From assembly GCA_024275955.1 (NCBI GenBank), contig JAJRYD010000029.1, forward strand, positions 4,500 to 68,499: 64,000 nucleotides of DNA, in the 5' to 3' direction. Under the pieces are notes generated by a model. It worked only from the letters and a program-made list of their open reading frames with translations. It was not told the origin of the DNA and searched no databases. This DNA comes from Nitrospirota bacterium (GTDB lineage Bacteria; Nitrospinota_A; UBA7883; JACRGQ01). Shown one piece after another: positions 1-9,705 of the stretch (position 1 is its first letter; each line of letters starts with the position of its first letter). The position numbers were made by a program, and so were the translations under genes.

Positions 1-2
1 CT

Positions 3-1451
3 AAAATAAAGAGCGTAATTATTGCGACTCTTGGTGAGCTTGGCGACCCTGAGTCGGCTAGGAAGCTGGTACGGCTGATTAGCGACGATGATATTGTGGT
101 TCGGCAGATGGTTATCGAGGCGGTAGAGAAAACCGCCGATACATCTATCGTGGACGACGTGATTTATCTCGTAAAGGATTCTGGTGATGTTAATGTGCGC
201 AGAGCCGGAGTAGAGATATTGCAAAATATTAAGGACCCTAAAGCTACGGCGGTACTGATAAAGGGGATGCGTGATTCCGACTGGTGGGTGAGGGAAATCT
301 CTACAGATGCTCTTACCACGATGAAATCGGAAGACCTTACCTCCAAGATACAGGAGCTTTTTAAAAGTGACGACGAAAACGTGCGGCGGGCGGCTGTCGA
401 ATTTTTTAAGCGTATGCCGGATGAGTCTACGTTTGAGCCGCTTTTAACCCTGCTAAAAGATGACGACTGGTGGGTGAGGGAAAAAGCGGTAGAAGCTCTT
501 GGCGAACTTAAGGATGAGCGGGCCGTTGATGAAATAATTCTGCTCATTGATGACCCTGATGTCCGGTGGGTGGTTCCAAAGGCGTTGGCAAATATCGGAG
601 GCTTGAAGTCGATAACTTTTCTTACCGATTTTCTACAAGACCCGGACAGAGCGGTAAGGCTTGCCGCTCTTGAGGGGCTGGGGAGGATAAAGGATAAGAA
701 TACGCTTAAGACTATAAAAGCCTGCGTAAAAGATTCTGATTCGGATATACGAAATAAGGCTCTGGAGATAATAAAGGAGATGACCGGCCGCGCTGTGAAA
801 GCAAGCGATATTATAGCGGAACAGGAGCGTCAGGAATGGTCGGGCGGGAGTACCGTGATGTCGGCATACGTTCCAGATAAGCCGCAGATACTCGTTGAAG
901 CTATTTTAGTGCTGGATCTTTGTAATTCTACAGAGATAGGGGTGAATTTTGGTGATGACTTTGCGCTAAAGATTACCTCTCGTCTTGTTGAGCTGACAAA
1001 GCCGATAGCTACAAGGCATCGGGTAAGGTTTACAAAAAGCACGGGCGATGGATATCTTATGACGTTTGGCGAGTTAAAAGGCTCTCTGGAGTTTGCCAAA
1101 GCTATTTCTATAGCGATTACCCAAAGCAATTCCAAGGTTCCGGCAAATGAAATGATAGACATTAGAATTGCCATTAACTTTGGCGAAACAAGAGTCGATA
1201 CCAAGGGGGATAGGCTTGGTACGGCGGTGAACAAGACCTTCCGCGTTGAAGGGCTTAAAGGGGAGGATATTATCGAAGATGAAGGCGGTATGACCCCTGA
1301 TGAACTACCAGCGGTAAATCGAACGCTGATAACTGAGGCTGTACACGAGGCGCTGGACAAGTGCGACGGCTTCTTGTCTAAGTATGTGGGGCTTTTTGAC
1401 CTGAAAGGCATTTCCGGCAGGCACAGAATATATCAAATGGTATCTGATTAA
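3..1451 (+). CDS. HEAT-repeat protein with C-terminal class III adenylate/guanylate cyclase domain (5' partial)
   Basis: The frame is open from the window edge. HEAT-like units (DSDWWVRE, DDDWWVRE, DPDRAVR) are followed by cyclase motifs LVLDLCNST, KSTGDGYL, RIAINFGE and GTAVNKTFRVEG. Confidence 0.85.
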   Translation, partial: KIKSVIIATLGELGDPESARKLVRLISDDDIVVRQMVIEAVEKTADTSIVDDVIYLVKDSGDVNVRRAGVEILQNIKDPKATAVLIKGMRDSDWWVREISTDALTTMKSEDLTSKIQELFKSDDENVRRAAVEFFKRMPDESTFEPLLTLLKDDDWWVREKAVEALGELKDERAVDEIILLIDDPDVRWVVPKALANIGGLKSITFLTDFLQDPDRAVRLAALEGLGRIKDKNTLKTIKACVKDSDSDIRNKALEIIKEMTGRAVKASDIIAEQERQEWSGGSTVMSAYVPDKPQILVEAILVLDLCNSTEIGVNFGDDFALKITSRLVELTKPIATRHRVRFTKSTGDGYLMTFGELKGSLEFAKAISIAITQSNSKVPANEMIDIRIAINFGETRVDTKGDRLGTAVNKTFRVEGLKGEDIIEDEGGMTPDELPAVNRTLITEAVHEALDKCDGFLSKYVGLFDLKGISGRHRIYQMVSD

Positions 1452-1463
1452 AGGGAGGCGGTC

Positions 1464-1925
1464 TTGGACAAGACAAGAAATATTTTGGTTGAGATGATAA
1501 AAGGTTTACCGTTTTTTGACGGGTTTGAAGATGATGATATAAGAAAGCTTACAACCTACATGAGTTTACGGCAGGTTCCAGAGGGGGATGTGCTGTTTGA
1601 AGAGGGCGACATTGGCGACTACCTCTTTTTCATAATTGAAGGGGTCGTCGAAATAATACTGGGCGGGGAAAGCCACGGCAATAAAGTTATCGCCTCGGTG
1701 TCGGCTGGTGCATCGGTGGGCGAGATGTCTCTTATCGACAGTTATGAAAGATCGGCAACCGTTCGGGCCGCTACTGACCTTGAAATACTAATTCTTACTA
1801 AAACAAGGTTTGACAGAGTAATTAAAGAAACTCCAGATATCGGCGTAAAGGTATTGATGGGATTGGCAAGTAATATCAGCGGCCGTCTTCGCACTTCTCA
1901 AGGACGCTATAGGGATCTTGTTTGA
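1464..1925 (+). CDS. Stand-alone cyclic nucleotide-binding domain protein (CRP-like, no HTH)
   Basis: Motifs LFEEGDIGDYLFFIIEG and GEMSLI...RSATVRA (phosphate-binding cassette). A GGAGG RBS precedes the TTG start. The protein ends before any DNA-binding domain. Confidence 0.85.
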   Translation: MDKTRNILVEMIKGLPFFDGFEDDDIRKLTTYMSLRQVPEGDVLFEEGDIGDYLFFIIEGVVEIILGGESHGNKVIASVSAGASVGEMSLIDSYERSATVRAATDLEILILTKTRFDRVIKETPDIGVKVLMGLASNISGRLRTSQGRYRDLV

Positions 1926-1930
1926 GATAG

Positions 1931-3121
1931 ATGAAAGAAAAAAGAGCTAATCTAGGGGTGTTGCCGTTTTTATTGCTTTGCGGCATCGTTGCCTTTGTTG
2001 GGCGTGGCGATACACTCGCGGAAGATTCTGGCCTATCCGGGCAATGGATAAACTCCCACTGGTTCCACCCGCTTCCGCCCATGGGCAAAAAGCCTACGGG
2101 CTTTTCGGATCTCGAAGCTTCGCTGATACCAAAGGATTGCGGTGAATGCCATGAAAAGCAGTATAGCGACTGGTCTGCTTCACGGCACTCAAAATCTATG
2201 GGGAATGGCGTTGTCGGACAGTTTCATCCGCCGTGGATAGATGACAAAATGAGAGTGAGCTGTCAGGAATGCCACGCGCCTTTGTATGAGCAAAACCCTG
2301 TCGTGGTCGCTGGCGGGGAGATAGTTAAGAACAGGCTTTATAAAAAGGATGTCGCGTCATACGGTGTTTCGTGCGCCGTATGCCATGTCCGAAAGCATGT
2401 AAGGTATGGCCCGATACCAAGAAAATTACAGGATCCAGATACGCCGCATAACGGGTTTATCGAGAAAAATGATTTTAACAGCTCCGAATTTTGCAAACCT
2501 TGCCATCAGTTCAACCCTAACGGCAGGTCGCTAAACGGAAAGCTTATGCAAGATACCTATGAACAATGGAAGCGGTCGCCTGCCGCCAAAGAGGGGAAGG
2601 TTTGCGCTTCTTGTCATATGCCGGACAGGAAGCATATTTTTCAGGGAGTACACCACGAACAGATGGTTAACGAAGGGCTTTCGGTAGATTTGGAAAGAGG
2701 GGCCGAGTACGCGACTCTTTCGGTTAAAAATACTGGGGTTGGGCATAAATTTCCGACATATGTCACCCCAAAGGTTGTGGTTTCGGGAAAGGTCATAAAT
2801 CTCGACGGAAAGGCTGTAGATGGAACCCTAAAGGAGTATTACATTCAATGGAGTGTTTCGCTAGATTTAAGTGAGGAGTATTTTGATACAAGGCTCGACC
2901 CAGACGAAACGCTTAAGGCGTACTTCAAGTTTCCTATGGAGCATTCCGGTAATATATTCGAGATAGATATCAGAGTTTACCCAGATGAATTCTACAGGCG
3001 GTTTTATGAGGCTATGATAGCAAATCCTCCAAAGGGGGTAGATGTTCCCATGCTTAAAAAAGCGCTAAAAGAAGTAAAGAGTTCGGATTTCTCTGTCTAC
3101 AACCGGCGAGTCGCGTTTTAG
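1931..3121 (+). CDS. Exported multiheme cytochrome c (5 CxxCH; cytochrome c554-like family)
   Basis: N-terminal signal or TM segment. Heme motifs CGECH, CQECH, CAVCH, CKPCH and CASCH, plus a GHKFPT motif. Confidence 0.85.
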   Translation: MKEKRANLGVLPFLLLCGIVAFVGRGDTLAEDSGLSGQWINSHWFHPLPPMGKKPTGFSDLEASLIPKDCGECHEKQYSDWSASRHSKSMGNGVVGQFHPPWIDDKMRVSCQECHAPLYEQNPVVVAGGEIVKNRLYKKDVASYGVSCAVCHVRKHVRYGPIPRKLQDPDTPHNGFIEKNDFNSSEFCKPCHQFNPNGRSLNGKLMQDTYEQWKRSPAAKEGKVCASCHMPDRKHIFQGVHHEQMVNEGLSVDLERGAEYATLSVKNTGVGHKFPTYVTPKVVVSGKVINLDGKAVDGTLKEYYIQWSVSLDLSEEYFDTRLDPDETLKAYFKFPMEHSGNIFEIDIRVYPDEFYRRFYEAMIANPPKGVDVPMLKKALKEVKSSDFSVYNRRVAF

Positions 3122-3129
3122 TATTAAGC

Positions 3130-3853
3130 TGTTGATTTTTTTCTGCTCATGGTGCCTGTTAGGTTGCCGCGAGGCGAACCGTCTGGCAACTGTCTTGTTA
3201 CATCATAATCATCGTCACTTGGTTATTTTTTTTGGTAAGTCGATACCGCAATAAGGGGACTGTTTTCAAAAGAGTTTTTTGAGCATTTTAAGGGGAAGTT
3301 TATTTTCTAACTTCTTAAAAATAGAATCGTTAGAGATTGGCAATTTGTAGCAAAACCAAGATTGTCTTATTTGCCAACAGCCCCGCAAGGTGTGGCTATC
3401 GTGCTTTTGATGAGGCTGTTAAACTTAAAATGCTAATAAGGTTAGATATTTTCAAGCTTGGCCTGCTTTTTTGTTTTTAAGCCCTACCTGCTAGTAAGTG
3501 CAAAGGATTCGTCTCAGCCTTCCGGCGGAAGGTCTGTTGTTTTTGGCAAATAGTTCACCTTTCGCATATTGCTGTGGCTGTAATTTTCATTGCAATGAAC
3601 AAGCTTTCGTATCGCTGTTTTCTGGCGGTGCTGTGCGCCTATCCTTGGCACCGATAGCCGGTGATGGAGCTAACGCAATTACTCGGCTTAAAAAGAGCTG
3701 GAGCCTATGTTACAATGCCGGATTAAGCTAGCAATACGGCATGGGGGAATGCTGGGGAGCGCGCTTGTTTCTAGTTCGGTAGAGAATATTTTATATCTTT
3801 TAGATATTTCTGCCGGCGTCAAAAATAAAATAAGCCTTGAAGGGCGGGGGTAG
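3130..3853 (+). pseudogene. cheB: Degraded cheB methylesterase remnant interrupted by a MITE
   Basis: Successive frames give GDGANAITRLKK / AGAYVTMPD*ASNTAWG / MLGSALVSSSVENILYLLDISAGV, collinear with the CheB C-terminus (GxDGAxG..LK.AGA.TIAQDEAS.VVWGMP.AA...GAVD.ILPL..IA). It ends at TAG 3851-3853, 6 nt before cheR. The 5' boundary is approximate. Confidence 0.6.
3256..3384. mobile_element. 129-bp MITE-like element, copy 1
   Basis: Imperfect terminal inverted repeats GGGACTGTTTTCAAA...TTTGCCAACAGCCCC. It differs from the copy at 58403-58531 by 12 substitutions over 129 bp (manual alignment). Confidence 0.85.
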
Positions 3854-3859
3854 GAGCTG

Positions 3860-4735
3860 ATGGAGCTGAAAAACGAAGACTTTCTTGAACTAAAAAACTA
3901 TATACACAAAACGTGCGGCATACATATCAATGAGAGCAAGAAATATCTTGTACAGCAAAGGTTATCGCCTGTGGCGCAATCGCTGGGGCTTGAATCGTTT
4001 AGAAAACTTATACAAAAACTGGAGAACGATTCTGCCTTGGGAGAGAGGATAGTAGAAAGCATAACCACGAATGAAACAAGTTTTTTTAGAGATGACCATC
4101 CTTTTGGCACTTTTGGGACGATGATTCTTCCAAAGCTTGGAGAGCTGATACGCAAGAGAAAAGAGCGTCAGAATAATATGGAAGGGCCGAAAGTGAACCT
4201 ATGGTGCGCCGCGTCGTCAACAGGTCAGGAGCCTTATAGCCTTTCTATGCTGATAAGCGAGTACGTCGATTCGAATAAATATAACGGCATCTCTATAGAC
4301 GATTTTTCAATACTCGCGACAGATATTTCGTCTGAGGTTTTGTCTCAGGCTATATCTGGAGAGTATTCGAACTTGGAGGTAAGACGCGGCCTTTCAGACG
4401 AGAGAAAAAAGAAATATTTTATCAAGAGAGAACCTGACGGATGGATTCTTAGCGGAGCAATTAGAGGCATGGTCGATTTTAGAAAAATAAACCTCGCTGA
4501 AAGTTTCACAACGCTTGGCCGGTTTGATGTCATTATTTGCAGAAATGTTTTGATCTATTTTGACGACCATACTAAAGGTAGAATTTTTAGTCAATTTAGG
4601 AAGATGCTGTCTGACGATGGTTTGCTTGTTCTTGGAGCGTGCGAAAATGTCCGCCTGCTTACTGACGAATTTGAATCTTTTACACATGGGCAGACAATAA
4701 TGTATAGGCCAAAAACATCTAAGGCTCCTCGGTGA
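3860..4735 (+). CDS. cheR: Chemotaxis protein-glutamate O-methyltransferase CheR
   Basis: Motifs ITTNETSFFRD, WCAASSTGQEPYS, ATDIS and FDVIICRNVLIYFD. RBS AGGAG. Confidence 0.93.
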   Translation: MELKNEDFLELKNYIHKTCGIHINESKKYLVQQRLSPVAQSLGLESFRKLIQKLENDSALGERIVESITTNETSFFRDDHPFGTFGTMILPKLGELIRKRKERQNNMEGPKVNLWCAASSTGQEPYSLSMLISEYVDSNKYNGISIDDFSILATDISSEVLSQAISGEYSNLEVRRGLSDERKKKYFIKREPDGWILSGAIRGMVDFRKINLAESFTTLGRFDVIICRNVLIYFDDHTKGRIFSQFRKMLSDDGLLVLGACENVRLLTDEFESFTHGQTIMYRPKTSKAPR

Positions 4736-4879
4736 ACGCAGGGTGGAGCCGATATAACTGAGCTGGTAGACCTAGGGGAAAGTAAAACGAGTAACGTCAG
4801 TGGTGCTAAGTTTATAGACGCGAGAGCGGTTAATGCTTTAATCGAGTCGACTAAAAATGCCCTTACCACGGCCTGTTAG
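4736..4879 (+). pseudogene. CheX-like N-terminal fragment in frame with cheR after its TGA
   Basis: The cheR frame continues as a linker and then IDARAVNALIESTKNALTTAC*. This resembles the CheX N-terminal helix (recalled T. maritima CheX start MDARIVNALI). Confidence 0.4.
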
Positions 4880-4973
4880 ACGGCACCAGTGTGGTACGGA
4901 AGACGATAGTTGAGATATTTTCCCTGCTAGTGATGTTGCGTAAGCGGCGCGATGAGGAAGGCCGCCTTGTTCT

Positions 4974-5777
4974 TTACGGCTCAGGTTTATCTGTTTTCTC
5001 TATTTCCGAGGTTGCGGGTGGGGCGGTTTTATCGAACCGTGCCAATTTGCTTTTAACCCATGTAAACGGGCCCGACCCCGCGTAGATTAACGCGACAAGA
5101 AAAAGCATCAGTTCTGGCAGTACGGCGATAACATAAATAAAAAGTACGGTAAATACCAGAAAACTAAAAGTTTTTCTCTTCTCGAACTCGAATTTTTTAA
5201 ACGACGCGTATTTAAGATTGCTAATCATCAGAAAGGCAAGAGCGTAGACAGTAGCGACGATAATAACCGGATGCAGTTTTTCTATTACAAAAAACTCCTT
5301 CGTGAGAATAACCATAGACGCTATAAGCCCGGCGGCGGCCGGAATCGGCAGGCCTATAAACCTGTTGCCGGCAGTGATGGTGGAGCTGTGCGTATTGAAG
5401 CGGGCAAGCCTAAGCGCGCCGCAGATAACGTAGAGAAACGCCGCCATCCAGCCGACCCTTCCATAAGGCTGGAGTACCCACGAATAGACAAGAAAAGCGG
5501 GAGCGATGCCGAACGACATAAGGTCGGCAAGCGAGTCGTACTCCATTCCGAAATGCGATGTGGAGTTGGTAAGCCTTGCTACTTTGCCATCTAAAAAGTC
5601 GAAAAAACCGGCTAGTATTATCAGGTACGCCGCGTTCAGGTACTCGCCATTGAAGACCGATATAAGAGCATAGAACCCGCAGAAAAATCCAAAAGTAGTT
5701 ATTAGGGACGGCAGTAGGAACACCCCTTTCCTAAGCTTTTGCTTTACGGTAAGCATTGTTCCTTCATTGTCAGCCAT
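4974..5777 (-). CDS. pssA: CDP-diacylglycerol--serine O-phosphatidyltransferase
   Basis: CDP-alcohol phosphotransferase motif DFLDGKVAR...FGMEYDSLADLMSFG and LRLARFN. Adjacent to psd. Confidence 0.93.
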   Translation of the reverse strand: MADNEGTMLTVKQKLRKGVFLLPSLITTFGFFCGFYALISVFNGEYLNAAYLIILAGFFDFLDGKVARLTNSTSHFGMEYDSLADLMSFGIAPAFLVYSWVLQPYGRVGWMAAFLYVICGALRLARFNTHSSTITAGNRFIGLPIPAAAGLIASMVILTKEFFVIEKLHPVIIVATVYALAFLMISNLKYASFKKFEFEKRKTFSFLVFTVLFIYVIAVLPELMLFLVALIYAGSGPFTWVKSKLARFDKTAPPATSEIEKTDKPEP

Positions 5778-5814
5778 CGGTCGATATTAACACTAAATGC
5801 CTCTAAATTGGCAG

Positions 5815-6444
5815 TTAGTCCTTCATATGGGCGATTATGGATGAGCCGCCATGCACCTTGTCTTTTAGTTTAACATCGACCGTAGCTGTGGCGGGCAATG
5901 TTACATCCATCCGTGATCCAAAGCGTATTAGGCCGTATCGTTCGCCTTTTACCGCTTCGTCTCCCTCCAGCGTATTGCATACTATACGACGGGCGATTAG
6001 CCCTACAATCTGCTTTACGGTAACTTTTCCATAAGCAGAGTTTATCGTAATCACAGAGCGGGAATTTTCTTCCGATGCCATATGGTTGAACGCCGCAAGG
6101 AATTTACCGTCTATCATCTCTTTTTTAATCACTTTTCCCGATATAGGGTAGCGGTTTATATGCACGTTGAAGATGCTAAGAAAAATGGAAATTCTTATTC
6201 TTTTTTCATTGGTGGTGTCGTCGAACCAGTCACGGTCTATCTTTACCACCACCCCATCAGCGGGAGATACCACGGCGTTCGGCTCGTTGGTGATTTTGCG
6301 GTACGGGTCGCGAAAAAAGAACAGTACAAAAAGCGCGAGCGAGAAAACTATTCCAGCCGCTGGCTTTTGTTCTGCGAAGTATAGCCCACCTGCCAGCCCG
6401 AGTAGCGGCAGGAAGAACATCCACGCGTCTCTTGCGACACTCAT
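5815..6444 (-). CDS. psd: Phosphatidylserine decarboxylase proenzyme
   Basis: Motifs FFRDP, SPADG and FNVHINR, with the RFGSR autocleavage site. Confidence 0.93.
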   Translation of the reverse strand: MSVARDAWMFFLPLLGLAGGLYFAEQKPAAGIVFSLALFVLFFFRDPYRKITNEPNAVVSPADGVVVKIDRDWFDDTTNEKRIRISIFLSIFNVHINRYPISGKVIKKEMIDGKFLAAFNHMASEENSRSVITINSAYGKVTVKQIVGLIARRIVCNTLEGDEAVKGERYGLIRFGSRMDVTLPATATVDVKLKDKVHGGSSIIAHMKD

Positions 6445-6448
6445 AAAG

Positions 6449-7453
6449 CTAGTCTTTAATCTTTTTGCCGATCCAAGGCATCATCGACCGGAGCTTTTCT
6501 CCAACTTTTTCGATTGAGTGTTCGGCATCTTCTTTGATGCGCGCGTCCATCACAGGCCTTCCATTCTTATTCTCCGCCATCCACTCGTCAGCGAACTGCC
6601 CACTCTGAATTTCAGCCAGAATTTTTTTCATCTCTTTTCTCGTCTCTTGGGTGATGATTCTTTTCCCTCGCGTAACATCGCCGTATTCGGCGGTGTCGGA
6701 TATCGAGTAGCGCATGTTGGCGATGCCGCCTTCGAAGATGAGGTCGACTATAAGTTTTGTTTCGTGCAGACATTCGAAGTATGCTATTTCCGGCTGGTAT
6801 CCGGCTTCGACCAGCGTGTCGTATCCAGCGCGGATAAGCTCCGACAGCCCGCCGCAGAGAACCGACTGCTCGCCAAAGAGGTCTGTTTCTGTCTCTTCTT
6901 TAAAAGTGGTTTCTATAACGCCGCCGCGGGTACAGCCTATAGCCTGTGCGTACGCGAGGCCTACCTGCTTGCCGCTACCGGTAGCATCTTGGTTTACCGC
7001 TATAAGGCCCGGCACGCCGCCGCCTTCGGTGAATTGTCTTCGTACAAGATGTCCCGGGCCTTTTGGCGCTACCATGAACACGTCGATATCTTTTGGCGGG
7101 ACGATTTTATTGAAGTGTATTGAAAACCCATGAGCGAATGCAAGAGCGTTTCCCTTTTCCAGGTTTGGAGCGATGTCGCTTTCGTACAGGCTCGGCTGTA
7201 TATGGTCGGGAACCAGCATCATTATAACTTCTGCCTTTTTTGCCGCATCGGCAAACGAGAACGTTTCTATCCCTGCGTCGTTCGCTATTTTATTGAACTT
7301 GCTCTCAGGCCTAAGCCCAACGATTACGTTGATGCCGCTGTCTTTCATGTTTAGCGAATGCGCGTGTCCCTGCGAGCCAAAGCCCATTACAGCGACAGTT
7401 TTCCCTTGTAAATATTTTATGTCGGCATCTTTTTCGTAGTACATGGTAGCCAT
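6449..7453 (-). CDS. ilvC: Ketol-acid reductoisomerase
   Basis: Motifs [16 protein letters not shown] and ETDLFGEQ. The start was placed at the second ATG by RBS spacing. Confidence 0.97.
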   Translation of the reverse strand: MATMYYEKDADIKYLQGKTVAVMGFGSQGHAHSLNMKDSGINVIVGLRPESKFNKIANDAGIETFSFADAAKKAEVIMMLVPDHIQPSLYESDIAPNLEKGNALAFAHGFSIHFNKIVPPKDIDVFMVAPKGPGHLVRRQFTEGGGVPGLIAVNQDATGSGKQVGLAYAQAIGCTRGGVIETTFKEETETDLFGEQSVLCGGLSELIRAGYDTLVEAGYQPEIAYFECLHETKLIVDLIFEGGIANMRYSISDTAEYGDVTRGKRIITQETRKEMKKILAEIQSGQFADEWMAENKNGRPVMDARIKEDAEHSIEKVGEKLRSMMPWIGKKIKD

Positions 7454-7485
7454 TATCATTTCCCCTTTTCTAATGCAGGTAGATA

Positions 7486-8007
7486 CTACCTGCCGTTATT
7501 TTTATCTTTGTTGTTTTTTTCAGTAAGCATCTTCGAGCCTCGCGAGAGAGCGATCTTTCCGGTACGAGCGACCTCCTTTAGGCCAAGCGGTTTGATGATT
7601 TCCAGAAAAGCATCTATCTTCCCGTCGGAACCTGTCACCTCTATCGTATAGGCTTTTGGAGAGACATCTACAATCCTACCCCTAAATATGTCGGTTATAC
7701 GCAGTATCTCCGCGCGGTTTTTCTCCGTAGCGCTAACCTTTACCAGCATCAATTCACGGTCTACGAACTCCTCGGCGGTAACATCACGCACCTTTATAAC
7801 GTCTATCAGCTTATTAAGCTGTTTGTTTATCTGCTCGACGATTTTGTCGTCGCCTCTTGTTACGATGGTCATTCTAGAAACCGCAGGGTCTTCTGTTTCT
7901 CCAACGGTAAGCGATTCGATGTTGAACCCACGGCCGGAAAAAAGACCCGACACGCGGGAAAGGACGCCAAACCTGTTTTCAACCAGTATTGTTATTGTAT
8001 GTTTCAT
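7486..8007 (-). CDS. ilvN: Acetolactate synthase small (regulatory) subunit
   Basis: ACT domain [24 protein letters not shown]. Lies between ilvB and ilvC. Confidence 0.96.
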   Translation of the reverse strand: MKHTITILVENRFGVLSRVSGLFSGRGFNIESLTVGETEDPAVSRMTIVTRGDDKIVEQINKQLNKLIDVIKVRDVTAEEFVDRELMLVKVSATEKNRAEILRITDIFRGRIVDVSPKAYTIEVTGSDGKIDAFLEIIKPLGLKEVARTGKIALSRGSKMLTEKNNKDKNNGR

Positions 8008-8010
8008 CTT

Positions 8011-9705
8011 TCAAGCCAACATCATATCTTTAACGGTTTTCCCCGCCGGTACCATAGGAAAAACATTTTCGCTCGGGTCGCAGACAAACTCCATAAATAC
8101 CGGCTTGTTAACGGAGAGCCCCTTTTTAATTACACTTTTTACTTCGGAGGTTTTGGTAGCTCTAAGGCCTACCGCGCCGTATGCCTCTGCCAGCTTTACG
8201 AAGTCTGGGTAATTAGGCATTATGCTGGAGGAATACCTCTTGCCGTGGAAGAACTCCTGCCACTGCCGAACCATGCCTAGTGTTCCATTATTAAGGATAG
8301 CTACCTTGACGTTAAGCCCATTCTCGATAGCGGTTGCCAGCTCCTGTATGTTCATCTGTATGCTTCCATCTCCGGCTATGCATATAACCAGTCTTTTTTG
8401 GTCGGCCGCCTGAGCGCCAAGCGCCGCTGGGAAACCAAACCCCATAGTCCCAAGCCCGCCGGAGGAGAGAAATGTCCTCGGCTCGGTGAAGCTGAGGAAC
8501 TGCGCCGCCCACATTTGCGCCTGTCCTACTTCTGTCGAGTAGATAGGGCTTTTGTCTTTCGCAAATTCATCTATAGCTTCGATAACCTGCTGAGGTTTTA
8601 TCTTTCCATCTTTTTTTGCCGGTTTGTATTTAAGCGGGTATCTTTTTTTCCATTCGGCTATCTGGGTAAGCCAGTCCTTATGTTTCTCTTTCCAGCCGGT
8701 TTTGTCTTTTTGAACATGCTGGTTTAGCTTTTTCATTATGTCCAAGAGGTCGCCGACCACAGGTATATCGGCGGAAACATTTTTGCCTATTGAGCCGGGG
8801 TCGATATCTACATGGACAACTTTACTGCTAGGCGAAAACTGATCCAGCTTTCCGGTAACTCTGTCGTCGAAACGGGAGCCGAGTGCTAAAAGCAGATCTG
8901 TCTCGTGGACAGCCATGTTTGCCGAATAGGTGCCGTGCATGCCGAGCATTCCAAGCGAGATTGCGTTATCGCTTGGGAAAGCGCCCATTCCCATAAGTGT
9001 GGTGGTGACAGGTATTTTGGTCTTCATCGCGAACTTATAAAGCTCTTTGCCGGCGTTGGCCGTTATCATTCCGCCGCCGATATAAAGCACAGGCTTCGAG
9101 GCCGATTTTATAGCCTGAAAAGCTTTTTTAATCTGTGCAGGGTGGCCTTCGTAAGTAGGGTGATAGCTTCTTATAGAAACGCTTTTGGGGTACGAGAAGT
9201 CGGCCGTAGCTAGAAGGACGTTTTTGGGCAAATCTATTAGCACAGGTCCTGGCTTTCCGGTGGTCGCTATGTATAGGCCTTCCTTAATCGTCTTCGCTAA
9301 GTCGCGGACATCCCTAACTAAAAATGAATGTTTTGTACATGGTCTGGTTATTCCTATTATATCGGCCTCTTGGAAAGCGTCGTTTCCTATCATCTCTACA
9401 TTTACCTGTCCGGTAAATACAAGGAGAGGTATTGAGTCCATATAGGCGTTGGCTATGCCTGTAACTGTGTTCGTAGCTCCCGGCCCGCTTGTTACAACGC
9501 AGATGCCGCACCTGCCTGTCGCCCGGGAATAACCATCCGCCATATGAACGGCACCTTGCTCGTGCCGTACGCGCAGATGCTTAAGCTTGGACTTGTACAG
9601 CGCGTCGTAAAGCGGAAGCACAGCTCCTCCGGGGTAGCCGAATATTAGGTCAACCCCTTCTTTTAGAAGGCTTTCCACGAAAATTTGCGCGCCAGAGAGC
9701 TTCAT
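8011..9705 (-). CDS. ilvB: Acetolactate synthase large subunit, biosynthetic type
   Basis: Motifs FGYPGG, RHEQGA and TSGPGATN, TPP motif GDGSIQMN...LNN, and MVRQWQ. Confidence 0.97.
   Translation of the reverse strand: MKLSGAQIFVESLLKEGVDLIFGYPGGAVLPLYDALYKSKLKHLRVRHEQGAVHMADGYSRATGRCGICVVTSGPGATNTVTGIANAYMDSIPLLVFTGQVNVEMIGNDAFQEADIIGITRPCTKHSFLVRDVRDLAKTIKEGLYIATTGKPGPVLIDLPKNVLLATADFSYPKSVSIRSYHPTYEGHPAQIKKAFQAIKSASKPVLYIGGGMITANAGKELYKFAMKTKIPVTTTLMGMGAFPSDNAISLGMLGMHGTYSANMAVHETDLLLALGSRFDDRVTGKLDQFSPSSKVVHVDIDPGSIGKNVSADIPVVGDLLDIMKKLNQHVQKDKTGWKEKHKDWLTQIAEWKKRYPLKYKPAKKDGKIKPQQVIEAIDEFAKDKSPIYSTEVGQAQMWAAQFLSFTEPRTFLSSGGLGTMGFGFPAALGAQAADQKRLVICIAGDGSIQMNIQELATAIENGLNVKVAILNNGTLGMVRQWQEFFHGKRYSSSIMPNYPDFVKLAEAYGAVGLRATKTSEVKSVIKKGLSVNKPVFMEFVCDPSENVFPMVPAGKTVKDMMLA

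Noticed and set aside
3-1925. Calling the cyclase/cNMP pair a Pycsar system
   Set aside because: The cyclase keeps adenine-type specificity residues and the cNMP protein has no TIR or TM effector. It is kept only as an open hypothesis.
3498-3731. 77-aa ORF as a real gene
   Set aside because: It is better explained as one frame of the cheB pseudogene.
4733-4780. Selenocysteine readthrough of the cheR TGA
   Set aside because: The codon lies in a linker after the complete domain, not at a Cys-equivalent site, and no convincing SECIS hairpin follows.
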